DNA of 64,000 nt from Mantamonas sphyraenae STR306 (lineage: Eukaryota > Protista > CRuMs), in contig JAPMXV010000056.1 of NCBI GenBank assembly GCA_026936335.1, forward strand, positions 319,649-383,648, in the 5' to 3' direction. The notes beneath the pieces are model-generated. The model was not told the origin of the DNA. It searched no databases and saw nothing but the letters and a program-made list of their open reading frames with translations. Position 1 is the stretch's first letter. Each line of letters opens with the position of its first letter. A program made the translations under genes and the position numbers. Of this stretch, positions 63,152 to 64,000 are shown piece after piece.

Positions 63152-63797
63152 GTACGCGTAGCTGTGGAGAGGACGGGAGGGGCAAGGCGGGGTGTGAACG
63201 GTAAGCGGAAGGCGGAATGGACGGCGTCAGCGCAGAAGCGGGGAGAAGGTAGGCTGGAACGAGCAGAGAGGGGAAAAGGAGGAGATTGGCAGACCGTGAA
63301 ACTGGCAACGGGGAGGGCAGTGACAGGGGAGAGGGGATCGGAGAAGAGCGGAGAAGGCAGCAACGGTGATGATGGGGAAGTGTAGATGCAGGGGAGGAGT
63401 GCAGAGTAGCAACGGAGGCATGGAGGAGGCGTGGAAGCGGGCAAAACGGGCAGTCAAAAAAAAGGAGTGGAAGGCAGAACGCACGATGGGTAGGTGTTGG
63501 GTGTGTGTTGTTGCTTGGGAGTGCTTGAGTAGTCCTTGTCCATGGTGAAGGTGGTGGTACTGGAGTGTATGTGTACTGTTGGACTGGTGGAGGGTGTTGT
63601 GGGTGTTGGTGATACTTTGGTTGAAGGCGGATGGGCGGTGCTGACTGCGCGGCGTTGCAGGACAACGGCCACTCACCAGCGACATTTCCACTCCCACCCA
63701 ATGCCCACTGCCCCATGTCACCAACCAACTCAGCCACCCTGCCAGCGGACACAAGCACAACTCACACTACCTAGACAGGACACCACGTCATAACAAC

Positions 63798-64000
63798 TGA
63801 GGGTTAGGGTTAGGGTTAGGGTTAGGGTTAGGGTTAGGATTAGGGTTAGGGTTAGGGTTAGGGTTAGGGTTAGGGTTAGGGGTAGGGTTAGGGTTAGGGT
63901 TAGGGTTAGGGTTAGGGTTAGGGTTAGGGTTAGGGTTAGGGTTAGGGTTAGGGTTAGGGTTAGGGTTAGGGTTAGGGTTAGGGTTAGGGTTAGGGTTAGG
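63798..64000 (+). repeat. Telomere (TTAGGG)n with variant units TGAGGG, TTAGGA and GTAGGG
   Basis: About 33 hexamers running to the window end, G-rich strand 5'->3' toward the end. Confidence 0.99.

Overview
Terminal 64 kb of a eukaryotic chromosome, ending in a (TTAGGG)n telomere. The genome is very compact and GC-rich, uses the standard genetic code, and has 0-4 GT-AG introns per gene (CA/TG-rich). About 30 genes are supported. IFT20, IFT25 and RP2 indicate a flagellated protist; the lineage cannot be fixed from this window alone. Housekeeping genes include DDX41, Aladin, ILVBL, CAPZB, MED31, katanin p80, kinesin-8, syntaxin-18, TrmO, NDUFAF1, Pin1, TMEM144 and an ABCD transporter. The most unusual features are: (1) a ~966-aa ER protein that appears to fuse a ribophorin II-like N-terminus to a TRAP-delta (SSR4) C-terminal domain; (2) a ~4.8-kb palindrome with ~2-kb arms carrying two divergent GATA-factor paralogues with different N-termini and homogenised C-termini; (3) a bacterial PseB/FlaA1-type UDP-GlcNAc 4,6-dehydratase with an acquired intron, near a Golgi-type methyltransferase; (4) LRR-ankyrin proteins with a shared C-terminal F-box-like motif; (5) a subtelomeric protein built from an unrecognised domain repeated A-B-A-B; (6) gene-independent GC-skew domains. 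Several 1-nt frameshifts are most likely long-read assembly errors. All family assignments come from remembered motifs, not database searches.
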